A DNA stretch of 64,000 nucleotides, from positions 33,108,001 to 33,172,000 of the forward strand of contig CM052832.1 of the NCBI GenBank assembly GCA_028534125.1, in the 5' to 3' direction. Each line of letters starts with the position of its first letter. Within the stretch, counting starts at the first letter, position 1. Shown piece after piece: positions 1 to 13,755 of this stretch. The stretch comes from Lama glama. Its lineage: Eukaryota. The notes beneath the pieces were generated by a model, which had not been told where the DNA came from, did no database searches, and worked only from the letters and a program-made list of their open reading frames with translations. A program made the translations under genes and the position numbers.

Positions 1-3000
1 TTACTTCCTGACTCATTTGATGAGACCAGCATTACCAAAATCAGATGAAGACATTGCAAGAAAACAATAGTATTTCTTATAAACATAAATATGAAATCAC
101 TCAACAAAATATTCACAAATCCCAATCCAACAATGTATACAAAGAATCATAGAGCATGATCAATTGGGACGTATTCCAGGCATGCATGGCTGGTTCAGAT
201 TAGAAAATCAATTAACGTAACCCACCACATCAATGAGCTAAAGATCATATCAATTGATGCAGAACAGCATTTGAGAAAATCTAACACCAATTCATGGTAA
301 GTTCTCAGCAAACTAAGAATGGAGGGGGACTTCCTTAACTTGATTAAAGGCACCTACAGAATCCTGCAGGTGACATCACACTTAATGGTGAGAAACTGAA
401 TGCTTTTCCCTTAAGAAAAGGCCCAAGGCAAATCTTGTCTCGCCACTCCTACTCAACATTGTACTGGCAGTCTTAGCTAATGCAATAAGACAAGAAAAGA
501 AAATACAAAATATACAGATTGGGAAGGGAGAAATAAAATCACCTTTGTTCACAGATGACATGATTCTGTTCGTAGAATATCCCAAAGAATTAGCAAAACA
601 GACAGAAAACCCTCCTTGAGCTAATTAGTAATTTTAGGAAGGATGCAGCAATGAACAGCTGAAACTTAAACCAACACCATTTGTATTAGCATCAAAAAAT
701 GAAATAGGTATAAATCTAACAAAACATGCATAGGGTTTAAGTTTGGAAAACTACAAAATTCTGATGAATGAAATCAAAGAAGACCTAAATAGACGGAAAG
801 ATATTCCAAATTCATGGTTGGAAAAATAAATATTGTTAAGATGTCAGTTCTTCCCCACTCGTCTATAGATTCAATGTAATACCAATGAAAATGCTAGCAA
901 GCTATATTGGGGACATGGACAAGCTGATTCTATGTTTATGTGGAAAGGCAAGAAACTCCGAACAGCCAACACAATACTGGAGGAGAACAAACTTGGAGGA
1001 CTGACATCAGCTGCCTTCAAAAGTACAGAGCTACAAAGATCAAGACAGTACGGTGCTGGCGAAAGAGAGACACATAGATCAATGGAACAGAATGGAACAC
1101 CCAGAGGAGCCACACATCTACAGCAGACTAAGTTTTGACAAAGGAGCAAAGGCAATTCAATAGAAGAATGGTAGTCTTTGCAACAAATGGTACTGGAATA
1201 ATTAGGCATCATATGCAAAAAAGGAAATCTACACACAGACCTTTTACGTTCCACAAACACTAACTAAAAATTAATCATAGACATAAATTTGAAATGCAAA
1301 ACTATGAAACTTCTAGAGAAAACATAACAGAAAATCTAGGTGACCTTGGGTTTGGTGATGAGTTTTTAGATATGACACCAAAAACATGATCTATAATAGA
1401 AAAATTGACGAGTTAGACTTTATTAAAATGAAAAACTTTTGCTCTGGAAAGAAACTAGTAAGAGAATGAAAACAGACTTCACATACTGGGAGAAAATGTT
1501 TGCAAAGCAAGTATCTGATAGAGGATTTGTATTCAAATATTAAAAGAAAAACTTTAAAGCTCAACAGTACAAAAACAAACGACCCTATTAAAAATGGCAA
1601 ACTATCTGGACACCTCACCAAAGATGGCAAATAAACATATGAAAAGGTGCTTAACATCATTTGTTATTAGGGAACTGCAAACTAAAACAACGAGTTGCTT
1701 GCTTATTGTAGTCATCACTACACACCTATCAGAATGGCTAAACAAACAAAAAAACTGACCATACCAATTGCTGGAGAGGATATTGAAAAATAAGTAACTT
1801 TTTCTTTGCTGGTGGGAATGTAAAGCGGTACAGCCACTGTGGAAGAAAGCTGGGCAGTTTCTTAAAAACCTAAGCACAGTCTTGCCTGTGACCCACTGAT
1901 TGCACTCCTACGTATTTACCCAAATGAACTGAAAACTTATGCCCACACAAAAACCTGAACATTGATATTTATAACAGCTTTATTCATAATTGCTAAAAAC
2001 TGGAAGCAACCAGGACGTCCTTTAATAGGTGAAGGATAAACTACAGTACACCCAAGCAATGGAGTATTATTCAGTAATAAGAAGAAATGCCACAGAATCA
2101 CATGGAGGACCCTTAAATGCGTATTTCTCAGTAAAAGAAGCCAGTCTGAAAGGCTACATATTGTTGGACTCCAAGTATACGACATTTTGGAAAAGGCAAA
2201 ACTGTACGTACAGCAAAAAGATCAGTGGTGGCCAGAGGCGTGGGTATAGAAGGGGAGGGACGAGCAGGGGAAACGCAGGGAGCTTCAGCACAGTGAAGCT
2301 GTTCTGGGTGACACTGTAATGGTGGATACTTAACATCAGATATTTGTCAAAACCCATAGACCTTTACCACACACAGTGAACCTTAATGTATGCAAATTTT
2401 TTTAAGAATACTTTAGGAGGTCAGGAGATCCAAGGAAAAAATGCAGACCGTGGCAAGAGAGTCTAACTGTACTTCCAAAGTATAAAACGAGCTCACTGCG
2501 GAGCGTGGAGGGGCAAAGGGGCTGACCTCAGTCACGCGGACATTTACAGGTAAGAAAGGGGAGGAAGGGACAGTGGGGCAGGGACAGCGTCGAAGACGGT
2601 AAGCACTTCGTGTAGATACAGATGGCTACGCACAGAAATATTTATAGACGTACGTATACGCATGGGTTGGTGTGCACACGGACCGCCCCTTGCTCTGTCA
2701 GTTGAGGGAGCCCGGAGGACCTCACACCATTCAGTGGCAGCGAGCGCGCCTGGCGGCCGGATCTTGGTTTCTAAAGGCGTTTCCAGCGGAACAAAGCTGA
2801 GCAAGATAATTGTGTAAAGTAGCAACAGGTTATAGCCTGAAGTGTAAAACAACGTCCATGAGTGCATACTGACACAGGCAAATGACTGAATAAATAAATA
2901 AGTGGGGAAGAAGTAAATCTATGCAGAAGAATTCCAAATAAATCATGTCGATATTCCAGTCTAAAGATGGGGAGCGTAACTCCCGCTCTTTAAGTGTGGG

Positions 3001-3430
3001 CGCCACAAAGGGACTTCTCCCCAAATAACACAGCAGGCAAAGGGGGAGAGACGACACGGCTGTTTCAGCTGCTGGCCAGGTCAAGCTCAACGCCGACACT
3101 CATAAATCACGTTGACAGCACGTACCCTGGCTGGGGTGTCCTGAAAATGGCACCTCCCCTCTGCAGTCTTCCCCCCCAGACCCATAACTGCAGTCTAACC
3201 ATGAGAAAACTTCGGGCACATTCATTAGAGGGACATCCTACAATGTACCTCACCAGTATTCTTCAAAACCGTCAAAGTTGTCAAAAACACGAGTCTCTGA
3301 GAAACCTCACAGATGAGAGAAGGCTAAGAAGACATGAGAACTGAATTTAACATGGTTTCATGGATGGGATCCTGGAACTGGAAAAAAAAAAAAAGACATC
3401 AGGAAAAAGCCGAAGAAGCTAGAGTGGTTA
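1..3430 (+). mobile_element. Old LINE-1 (L1MC/MD-like): decayed ORF2 3' part plus 3' UTR
   Basis: Translated pieces resemble L1 ORF2 (e.g. FMWKGKKLRTANTILEENKLGGLT at 932-1138). L1 3'UTR-type text such as tgtaatggtggatac...tttgtcaaaacccataga follows. Many stops and frameshifts. Confidence 0.85.
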
Positions 3431-3909
3431 ATCATTTTGAAAAAGTCACATTTGGATCCACACGGCCCAACTTTAAGACACTAATGAGCACAGTGCGGAA
3501 CAGCAAAGGGACAGACACAGGCCAACGAGAGAGAGGAGCGGAGGGAGCAGAGCCGCACCAGCCAGCTAGCTGATGACTTTCAGCATTTAGAAAACTAACA
3601 GGCCATTTTAAGAACAGTTCAGGTTTACAGAAAAACTGAACAGGCAGCACAGTTCCAGACCCCCTCAGACACAGTCCCTCCCGTCACCTCGCGTTGGTGT
3701 GGTGCATCTGCTACAATTCATGAACCAACCAAAGTCCACGCGCACATCTTAGCGGTTTGCAGTTTTCAAGGAATTGGTCCATTTCATTTAAAGCTTATGT
3801 GTATAGAGATGTTCATACAATTATTTTATTGGCTTATTGGCTTTTTAATGTCTGCAGGTTTGTAGTGATATCCCCTCTTTTCATAATAGCAGTAATTTGT
3901 GTCTTGTTA

Positions 3910-4010
3910 GGGAGGGTGTAGCTCACATGGTAGAGCACGTGCTTAGCATGCACGAGGTCCTGGGTTCAGTCCCCAGTCCCTCCTCTAAAAACAAACAAAC
4001 AAACCTAATT
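3910..4010 (+). mobile_element. tRNA-Ala-derived SINE (camelid Vic-1-like)
   Basis: gggagggtgtagctcacatggtagagcacgtgcttagcatgcacgaggtcctgggttcagtcccc plus (aaac)n cctaatta tail; A/B-box-like motifs. Confidence 0.85.
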
Positions 4011-4949
4011 AACTGTAGGTCTGACTCCAGCCTCCAGACTGCAGACTGAGAACCAGGAACCGCTCAGGTCCCAGACCGGCCACTGGGTGGCGACCACAGG
4101 CAGCGGATCCAAGCCGCACGGCAGAGGCTGAGAGAGCTGAGCTGACCGGGAACCACAGCCAGAGCCTAACCAGGCTGATTACCTGCTGAAACAAAAATAA
4201 CAACTTTCTCCATGGAATTTAAATAAGGCCCGGAGCTTCCCAGCAGTGATTGATTACTGGAGCATTTTTATAATTGGAGCTGCTGTGACGTCTCTGTCTG
4301 ATCACCCCCACATCTGTGTCACCTTGGTGTTAGCACCTCTTGATTTTCTTCTCCCATGCCAAGTTGAGATTTTTCTGGTTCTTTGAATACCAAGTAATTA
4401 TGACTGTATTCTAGCTACGTTTACCATTATGCTATTAGCAAACAGAATTCATGGGGATGTAAAGAAGGTAACACACAATGGCCAGGTTTCCCAGGAAAGC
4501 AAGGCTCGTTTAAGATCAGGAGAGCAATCGCTGAAATTTACTACATCAACAGATTACAGTTAAAAACACGATTATCTCAATATATGCATAAAATAATGGA
4601 TAAATTGAACAATTCATCATACTAATGCTGAATCCTTAAAAGCTTTCACGTTGACATCAATAACAAGATAAGCATGTCCATCTATTGTATAGAAGGTTTC
4701 CCTAAAAACACAAAAAGGCAAAAAAAAAAAAAGCACAAGAGTTGTAAAAGAAGAAACAAAAGTATTATTCATAGATGAATGATGTGGACATCCCAGAGCT
4801 GGAGCGCCCTCCCGTGGGCCCCCGCCGACAGGTGCAGCGCCACCGCTGCCACATGGGACACTCAGAGCCGGTGCGTACTCTCTGTGGTCTGTAGGGAGGA
4901 CGAGGACAGCCTGGGGGCACCTCTGACAAAGGAGAGAAGCGGGGACGGA

Positions 4950-6260
4950 GCGGCAGGAGGAGGGGCGAATTCCCTGCCCTGGTTCTCTGAGAACTGACAT
5001 CCGACAGTCCTCGCCGCCCGGTCCTCGCGTGTGAATTTACTTCCACGCGCACATGAATACACACACGGACGACAAGTGCAGAGAACGCGGCTAAAGAGAA
5101 CATCGCCACACTGGCCAAGTCACCTTTCCGTGCTGCTGCTTCCCTCCAGTCCCCGTGCTTTCTGCCCAGTTCTCACTCTGCAGCTGGGACAGGCCCCCCT
5201 GGCTCTCCGCGAGCTCCTGCCGGGCGTGCCGAGCGGGCCCGCGCCTCCTCACTGGGGTTTGCAGCGGGCAGCCTCCGCCGACGGGCCAACGTCCCTCCCC
5301 AGGACGGCAGCCGCGTTCCTCTGCGGCCGGCCGGCCGGCAAGGCGACCCCTGCGTGGGAAGGCGTCGGCGACGGGCCTCCGCGCTGCCGTCGCGGGACCC
5401 AGCGGCCGGGGGACCAGCACGAGAGGAGCGCAGAGCTCCGGCTCCGGTTTCGCCGCGTCGCGCGGCCCGGGTCCCGCCCGCGGCCTGAAGCGCGACGGGC
5501 CAGGCGAGCTGCGAGCGGCGCCTCCAGGGCAGCGCTCCCCAGGAGCAGCTCTGCGGGCTGTGCTCGGCCCCACGCTTTTTCCCTCAGGCTGATTTACCTC
5601 TGACCTGCTGTCTTTGTTTCCACCTGCTGTGGTTGGGGTGGAAGCGCGGAGGGGAGGACGAGCGCAGGGCCGCGCACTCCCGCGAAGCCCTGCGGCGCGC
5701 GCCTCACTGGCTCCCGGGGCCGCGCGCGCTCCGTCCAGGCGCCCGCGCCAGGCGCCCGGAGACGCCAGAGCGGCAGGCAGAACCGGTACACGCCAGCTGC
5801 CGGGCCGGAGGGGCCGGCCTCCAGGCCCCGGTCTAGGGACGCCGGAAGTCCGTCTGAGGCCCGTGAGCTCGGCTGCGCCTCTCGTCAGGGGTTCAGGGGC
5901 TCATCTCGCTGCGCTTGGACCCGGGCTCGGCGCCACCGCTTCGAACATGGCGGGGGGACCAGCGGCTCCTTTCTGCAAACCCACTCCCGGCCCCTGTTTT
6001 GCTGGTCAATATGTGGCCACACTGGGACACTTTCTTATGATGCAAGGAACGCTTCGAAGAACGGATGGAAACGTGGATCGTAACTCAGCAGTGGCCTTCC
6101 CCGCCACCCCGGCTCGAGGTCCGGCGGAGAGGTCGGCGCGGTGACGGTGCCGCCCCGCCGGCCCGCCCCGCCCCCGCCGCGTCCCTCAGGGCCCGGGGAG
6201 GACCTGGGCGTTCGGGGCCTGTGGACCATGGGCCCTTTCTTACCCAACCCCGGACAAGAA
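4950..6260 (-). promoter_or_regulatory. CpG island; probable RIPK1 promoter / non-coding first exon
   Basis: Very GC/CpG-rich. ETS motif CCGGAAGT at 5842-5849, YY1-like AACATGGCGG at 5944-5953, candidate minus-strand donor GAG|gtaaat at 5598/5597. RIPK1 identity rests only on the human order SERPINB6-NQO2-RIPK1; no RIPK1 coding exon is in the window. Confidence 0.55.
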
Positions 6261-7749
6261 AGTCTTTCTGGGAAAAAAACTCCTCTTGGTCACAATTCGA
6301 GGAGACCAGCGTTGGCAAACGTTTCAGTGCATCACCGCATTCACAGCTGAGAAGTAAGATCTTCAGTGTGTACTCTTTTAAAATAGAGACCGTTTACAAA
6401 GGTTAAGAGGTCATTCGCAAGGTTCACTTTCCCCCGATTTTACGACACACAGTTGGAGAATGTGATGGGACAAATCACGTCCTCCCAGGATGAAACAGGC
6501 AAACTGTATTAAAGTCTCATCCAATCTGGTTATTCCAGGTGAGCGGTTTTAACTGTTCTCCTGTAAACAGAAGCAGTCCCTGCTGTGCCTGGAATGACTG
6601 GGCGCTGACGCCTGCCCTCGGCCAGGGCCGCACCCTGACAGGTATCCACCTGATCACAGGCACGGACTTTGTTTTCTTCTCCTCCAGGCAGGACTCACCC
6701 CGCAGGGGGAAGAGCTGGCCCGAGCTCCCCAGTCTGAGACCCGTTACACCCGGGGGTGACAACAGAGAAATGAGGCCTGGGATGGTCCCTGTGCCCCGCA
6801 CCCTCACCGGCGCTGGCAGGGAGCTCCGTCCTTTCAGACGCCCTGTGAAACTTTCATCCTCTCGACGGCAGGGTGGCAAACACCCCCTGTCCTGGTGGCC
6901 GTGGGGACGGCACAAGGGACCGAGCCCTGGAGTGGGAGCCCGAGCAGCAGCAGCAAGCCCTACAGGCTCGATCTGGGTCACACCCCAGCAGGGAAATGCA
7001 CAGAATGCTGAAGTGGTCTGTTTCAGGTCGCTCTTCCAAGAACAGGAGCTTGGGAATCAAGTGGTGTTCTGGCCAGGTGCTCATCTCCCAAAGCCTGTGT
7101 TCTTACCTGCCACGTTCGAGAGAGGCGTCTTTTTCACCCCCTGCAGATGGTTTTTGGAGGGTCCCACCCGGATGTTGCGAAAGGGAGGGTCCTCTGTGAG
7201 CTCCAGGTGGTTGGCCGGCCCTGAGCCCTCTAGCCCGGGAGGCGGTGGTTTCTCCGCGGAGGAGGGGGAGCGGGGCAGAAGCCCCCCGCCTCGGCCCAGC
7301 AGCCAGGGGCACCTGCACCAGCTTGGGGACAAAGCCTGGCTTTACTTCCAGTTAATCCCATGTGCCCTTAAATGCCCTAGTTCGCTTGGGCTCCCCACTT
7401 CTACCCAAACTGCACAAAAACCTGGGAGTTTTCTTAGGGTTTTGATTTTAAACCTCAGGAGGTGAGAGGCCTGGAAATTCTGATCTGCCCACCAGCATGG
7501 GAGCTTCTGACCCTGCCATTTTGGGGTCACTGTCAGGATAGCGTCCTGCACGGCGTCGCGGACCTCTGTCCGCCGGGAGAGCCGTGTCCTAGGCAGTTCG
7601 GAGCCCTCACGGACCCTAGGCCCCCAGCAGGCTCCAAAGGGGCTGCTCCTTCAGCTCACATTTACACAGAAGCTTTTAAAACTGTAAGTATCTAGATTCA
7701 AACCAACCACGTCACATATGTGGTTTGTTTTAAGAAAGTGGTAATGATA

Positions 7750-8420
7750 AAGTCCTGCTGTTTTCTGGTCTCCACGGCTGCTGTTGAGAAACTGGCTGTC
7801 AACTAAGTGGTTGTTCCTTCTCAGGTGACCTGCCTGTTCTTTCCATTTTTCTTTTGTGTCATGCAGTTTCCCTGTGCTCTGTCTGGCCCAGGTTTTGCTT
7901 TATTTATTCTGCTTGAGACATGTGATACTCGGTAAATCTGAATACTAACGTCTTTCGTAAATTCTGGGACATTCCCCGCTGTTGTTACTTTTGAAATCCG
8001 GCACTCGGACGCTTTCTCACTCCAGGGATCCGGTTTAAAATGGAACGGGTCTTTGCGCTCTGTCCTCGGTGCCTTTTAATCGCCCCTCACCCCTCCCGGC
8101 CCCCATCCTTGTTTGCTCAGATCTAGCTGTCAGTTCCCTTGTCCTCTCTTCATCTGTGTCTAATCTACCCTTTAACCTGTCCACTGAGTTATTTTTCAAA
8201 TCTGGTCACTTTTGAAAATCTCTTGTATGTTGCTCAGTGTTTGATTCCATTTTTATTTCTTAAAACATTTTATACGCCATTATCTGTGTCAAGTGTCTCA
8301 TAGTGGCCACATTTGAAACTCATGGGTGACAAAGTCTGTTGCTTGGCTGTTTCTGCTGCTTCTCAGTCGTGATGTTTTGCTTCCTCATGTTTGGTAACTT
8401 GGGGAGCTTCTATTAAGATG
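7750..8420 (-). mobile_element. Degraded old L1 fragment
   Basis: T-rich antisense L1-like text (gctgttgagaaactggctgtc..., ttaacctgtccactgagtt...). Confidence 0.5.
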
Positions 8421-8618
8421 ATTTAATCAGGGGCATCCTGACAGGAATGAGATGTTTTCCTCCAGAACAAGTTTGTTTATTTCTTCCTTTACTGCGGATT
8501 GTCATCCTTTGAGGGCACTTAACTTCTTTTGATTTCCCCTTGCTCTGTAGATGTGGGTAGAATAAGTCCCGCACAAATTCCGAGACCCTACGATACAGGA
8601 GAGAGATTTTTCTACCCA

Positions 8619-8796
8619 GAGCTCGGATGGACATGGGGCAGCTTCCTGTCCCCTGTAAGGGCGGAGCTGGGATGGACATGGGTCAGCTCTTGTCCCCTGT
8701 AAGGGCGGAGCTGGGATGGACATGGGTCAGCTCTTGTCCCCTGTAAGGGCGGAGCTGGGATGGACATGGGTCAGCTCCTATCCCCCTGTAAGGGCA
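8619..8796. repeat. Minisatellite, 4 copies of a 44-bp unit
   Basis: Unit gagctgggatggacatgggtcagctcttgtcccctgtaagggcg starts at 8619, 8664, 8708 and 8752. Confidence 0.95.
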
Positions 8797-9419
8797 GATG
8801 TAATTTCCCTCCTACCTTCTCACAGGGTGGGCCCCTCTGTGGGAAGTCTCAGTTCGGCTGCCCGCGGTGCACAGACGCAAGGTCTGGTCGTGCCCCTCTC
8901 TGCTGGAGTGTTGATCACTCAGAGTACTGATAACACAGTGCACTGATACCAGCACATGGCCCTGAGGCAGCTTGATTTCTGCATTCCTTATCATTCTGCC
9001 ATCAGCAACTCAAGAGGTTTCTGTTGCTATGGGGCAAGGTTCAGGGTCAGGATAGGACAGGCTGGGATATGCCCCGACATTTCCCCTTGCTTCTTATGAC
9101 CTGAGCAATGCACTTAGAAGTGTGTTTGTTGTGGCTTGTCTGGCCTCTGGAATTTTGCCACAGGCGGGCTTCTGAGAAATCTCGTCTGCAGAGAGCAGGA
9201 AGTGAACGTCTCAGTGGGGTTTCCAACCTCAGAAATGCTGCAAAAGCATCCTTGACCCACAAAACATTCAGCCCTTGCCGAGTGGGGGGCCTCACTCAGG
9301 CTTCTCCTCTTCCCGCTGTGAGCGCCCCTGTCGGGTTGTGGAGGGTCATTCCTCAAAACAGCCTCTGTTCAGTGCAGCCCCCCACCAACGGCTTCATGAG
9401 CCTCAATGGTTCTGAGCAC

Positions 9420-9620
9420 AAACTCTGGAAAAGGCTGACTTGGTGTGAGCCTCAGCTCTGCCACAGGAAGCAGGGGGGCCCTGGCCAAGTTCCTGTAACT
9501 CTGAGGGGCTCAGTTTACCCAGGTGTAAAATGGAGATGATAGTAAAATCTTACAGGCTGCCAGCTCGTGCCGGGAGAAATCTGCACAAAATACAGCCGTT
9601 CCATTAGTGACGCAGGGGTT
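9420..9620 (+). mobile_element. MIR-like SINE fragment
   Basis: MIR core-like ctcagtttacccaggtgtaaaatggagatgatagtaaa; similar fragments near 9930-10010, 10880-11040 and 17270-17400. Confidence 0.55.
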
Positions 9621-12600
9621 CAAGTGACACGTGATCTGATTCCCGAGAAACTCAGTCCTCAGCACATTTTAATAAAGCTGATGACTGAATGCGTTTACAC
9701 TTCAAAGCACCCATCCCTCTTTACAGGAAGAGATAGTGGGAGGCAAACAGGAATCGGACCTACCAGTGTCCACAAGCCAAGTCAGGACTGGCTCCAGCCA
9801 GGGGCACCGCAGACAGCATTTCAGCTCTTCCTGGGGCCTCCAGAAAAAGACTACAACATGCAGGGCTGAGGGCCCCCGGGAATCTTGCACAACCAGCGGG
9901 CCCACTAGGAAGGCCTGACCCCCTTCTTCCACAGGTGAGGAAACTGAGGCCCAAGGCTTGTTCAAGGTCAGTCAGTCAGTGCAGAACCGGGACTGAGCCC
10001 GGGCCCTGGGCCATCCTCGGTCCCCGTGCCGCCCTCGGTCCCCACCGGGCAGAGTCCTCCTCTTCTTATCTAACCCATTTGGTGAGAAAAATAATTTGAT
10101 GTGTTACCGCACCCTTTGTTCAAATTCTGTACACCTCTGTGTGTGTTTTTATGTCACCATAATCCTACTCCAAAGTCAGTTTGTTTTGCTTTCACTGGAG
10201 TAATTCATGTTTCCATGTAACGCTAACCCCACTTGTTGAATTACTGAGCATTGCTCTGCCTGCAGTCGCTATAAAGCCACTTAAGCGAAAAAGGTGATGT
10301 ACTTACTGCCTTTTGTGACCGGAGAACTGAGGAATAAAATCCTGCTCCAGGCAGGGATGGGTCCAGGTGTCAAGGATGTCCATAGGAAGCTGCCTCCATG
10401 GCTTGGACGAGGTCCCCTCAGCGTGGCTCCACTTGCAGACAGACAAGCTCTCCATCGTGGCTTCCGGCCAACCCGACATCACAGCCCCAAGTCCAGAAGC
10501 AGGAAAAGCCTCCTCCTCCCTGAGCTCAAGCTCACGGCCTGGCGCGGGTTTCCTGGGGCAGGGACACTGCGCAGTCAGCTGTGCTGGTGCCCCTCCTGGG
10601 CGCCGAGGAGCCATCACCCCATTAAACCACACGGCTTGTGGAAAGGCCACGTTTCCCAGAGGAAAGCCTGGTGTGGCCACGAGAAGAAATGGGGTAGGTG
10701 CGGGACAGACGGCGACGACCGTTCACGACGCCTGCCGTCTCAGCCCGGTGTGCGGCCACGACGCTGTCACCACCCGGGTCCCAGGCACACAGGCTGCTTC
10801 CAGAGAGGGACTGGTACTCGGGCTCAAACCCCACATCCAGCCTCTCGAGCTGAGGTCCTTGGGGAGTGTCTTAACCGAACTTGGCTCAGTTTCCCAACCT
10901 GTAACGTGGGGGTACCAGAGGACTTGCCCCCAGGGCTGACATGAGGATTCAGTGAGCTAACAATACACGTGGAGAATTTATACCAGCCCTGGCACAGCGT
11001 GGTTTCAGCATCTGATACACGTTAGCTATTATCATTCACTGTACAAGTAGCGTCCCTAAGGAAACAAAATTTAACTCAGCAAGTTGCTTTTGCTCTGTCT
11101 GCAGCATTTCCTGACGTCCGTCCTGGAAGCGGAGTCGTCCGGGCAAAGGCTGAGAGTGTGTGTAGCTCTTGTTACTTGTTGCCAGACGGTGTCACAGGCG
11201 GACTGCTCGGTGCTGGGGACACCTACGTGATCTCCAGCCCTCGGGTCGGGTCTCGTCTGGGGTTAGAACCTTCCTTTAAGGGCAGAACAGTACAGCCCGA
11301 GCACAGGTCTGGCAGACGGAGGGCCGCCTGGGTGCGGCCGCCCCATGGTTCCTTCATTGTGGGCCCCCAACCTCGTGTGCCTCCTCTCTCCTGCCCCCCA
11401 GACCTGTGTCCCTTCCCTCTCCCATGCTCCCAGCTGCTCCCAAACCCGTGACACCTTCCTGATCTCAAGTAGAGAAATTTCTTTCCTCTTTTTTTTTTAA
11501 CCAACTTCCACCCAAACCCTAACGCTGCATAACCAAGGAGAACTTCCTGAATGTTAAAAGGCCCCTAAAAATGCTCCTAAGAAAAACGGTGCCAAGGCTT
11601 AGAATAACCTTCTAAGGCTGCCATCCACTCTTACCACCCTGCCTGAGTGGGTCTAAGTGTTTCAGTGGGGAGACTCTAAAACCAGTGTAACGGGGGCCCG
11701 GGGCCGGGGGAGCTAATGAGACATAACCGGGTCCGAGCATCCGGGTGCTCACAGCTTTGCCTGGAAGCCAGGGTGAACATCCCGCGTGTTCAAGGCCAAG
11801 CTGTCCCAGGGAAAGGGGACTTCGATGACCTGCACGAGGACAGGCGGGTCTCAGGCCGGTGGGCAAGACAAGCATGTGCGGGAGGCCGCTCACCCACGTG
11901 TGCGGCCTGACCGGACGCGGGTTGTGGTGGGCCCAGGGCCGGGCCCGAGTGCCAGTGACGGCTCCTGCCGCTTACTGAGGTGAGGAGGCATGGGAAGGAG
12001 AAGGCCGAGCCCCGCCGACGACGTGCTGGATCCGAGGTGCCCGGGAGACAGTGGGCAGAATTCTCCAGGGGGACCAGAAACTCGGCAGCACTCAGGAGAC
12101 AGAATCCGATCGGCAGCAGCCCAGGGAACGTGCAGGAACTTCTGCCACAGAAAACTCAGGCAAAGAGACACACAGAACAGAAGGCAGGCCTTGGGGTGAC
12201 GGTGACCTCCTGGCCCGCCAGGACCCTGCTCCCGGGCCAGGCAGGAAACACTGGCCGCAAAGGGGCTTCGATGAGCAGCTGTGAGCCCGAGAACTGCATG
12301 GAGACACTGAGGGTGACAAGAGCCGGGAGAACCCCAGCCGAGAAGCCGATCTTTCGGGGCTGACACCCTGGACAAGAGGCTGGCCCCCCAGCATCACTGA
12401 AGGTTTCACCTTCGCACATCGGGCTAACTGGGGCTTTTTAAGACGGCGCGCCTGGAAATATACATGACGGTGCAGAGAAAACCCCAAATCCACAAACCTC
12501 CATAACAGAGAAGAAAGAGAAAGTCTGCAGACAGAAGTGCAAATGTGTGTGTGACAGGTCTGCCTCCGACACCACGGTGGAGGCATTTCCGCACTTCCGT

Positions 12601-13755
12601 CTCGCCTGACTCCCAGGGAGACCGTAGAGGAGACAGCCTGGCAGTCACCGAAGGGGAATCTGTGGGTCTTGCATCAAGACTTTTGGGTGAAGATAGAATC
12701 AGAAGCTAGGACTCAGACACTGAAGGGGAGCATGTGGCTGGGGAGAGGTCCCGGCGCCCCAGGGACGGTCTCTGCCGAGTCGGGACTGCTGCGCTCTGAG
12801 CGCCCATGAGCCGTCATCGTCAAAAGACGCTTCACCCTGTGGATTCTGGGGCTGGTCCCCAGGGGCTGTGGGAGGAGTGTGTTCAACGTCTGGACCAATC
12901 AGGGAGCTCCTTCTCGTGGACAGACACTCAGAAGTAAGCACCTGCTGAGGATTTTCTGACCATCGCAGCACATCCAGGATGAAGGCTTGAGAAGCTGCAG
13001 CTAACCTGGCATTTAGGGAACCTCTACGTGAAAGATACTCGACAAAACAGAAGGTGGGAGATTGTGAAGAAGCAGCTTCTGGAAAAGACGCCCAAGAACA
13101 GGGCCCGAAAGAGAATCCACAGCAGGCAGGTCCAAAGTCTGGAGAGAATGATCTCGAGAGAACTGAAGAGGACGAGTCTCAGCCTGCTCTGGGGAGACAC
13201 TCCCGCTACAGAAGCCTGCACCTCGGGTCATTCTCAGCAGTGCTCCCTGAACACATGCAGCGACAGGACGCCTGCGGACTAGTGCTTGGAAACGTTGCCG
13301 TCACCTGCACTCGGCGATTTTAAAGATGCGCTAAGTGGCTGCTTGATTAAAACTTCACAGTCATGATGCCAAAAAGACACAGAAGTCAGTCCCAGCGCAG
13401 CACTAACACTAGCCGTGAAGAGATTAAATGTCCCTATGAAAAGTGGAAATTTGAGTTATGAAATGAAACGAAACAAAACAAAATGAAATTTGAGTTATGA
13501 AATGAAACAAAATGAAACCTGACAGATCCAGCTCTGTGCCCAGAGAACTATCCACAAACAGCACGACCCGTGAGGCCGAAAACAGGGAGACGGAAAGATA
13601 TGAGAAAAGAGAAGGCATCAAAACGGATGGAGCCGGAGGCCGAGGCCCCGCAGAGGAGGACCAGCACAGCCTCGGCGCCCGAGGCCCGACTGGCCGGAGG
13701 CCCCGGGGGCGCAGACATGCAGCACCAGACGCACGCCTGCTTTGTCCTGGGGTCG

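Noticed and set aside
5031-7465. Long ORFs of 145-308 aa (e.g. 6539-7465)
   Set aside because: Pro/Arg/Gly/Ala-rich products with no recognisable domain, overlapping in several frames; expected by chance in GC-rich DNA.
8619-8796. Regularly spaced repeats suggestive of a CRISPR array
   Set aside because: Head-to-tail units with no unique spacers, in mammalian DNA with no cas genes.
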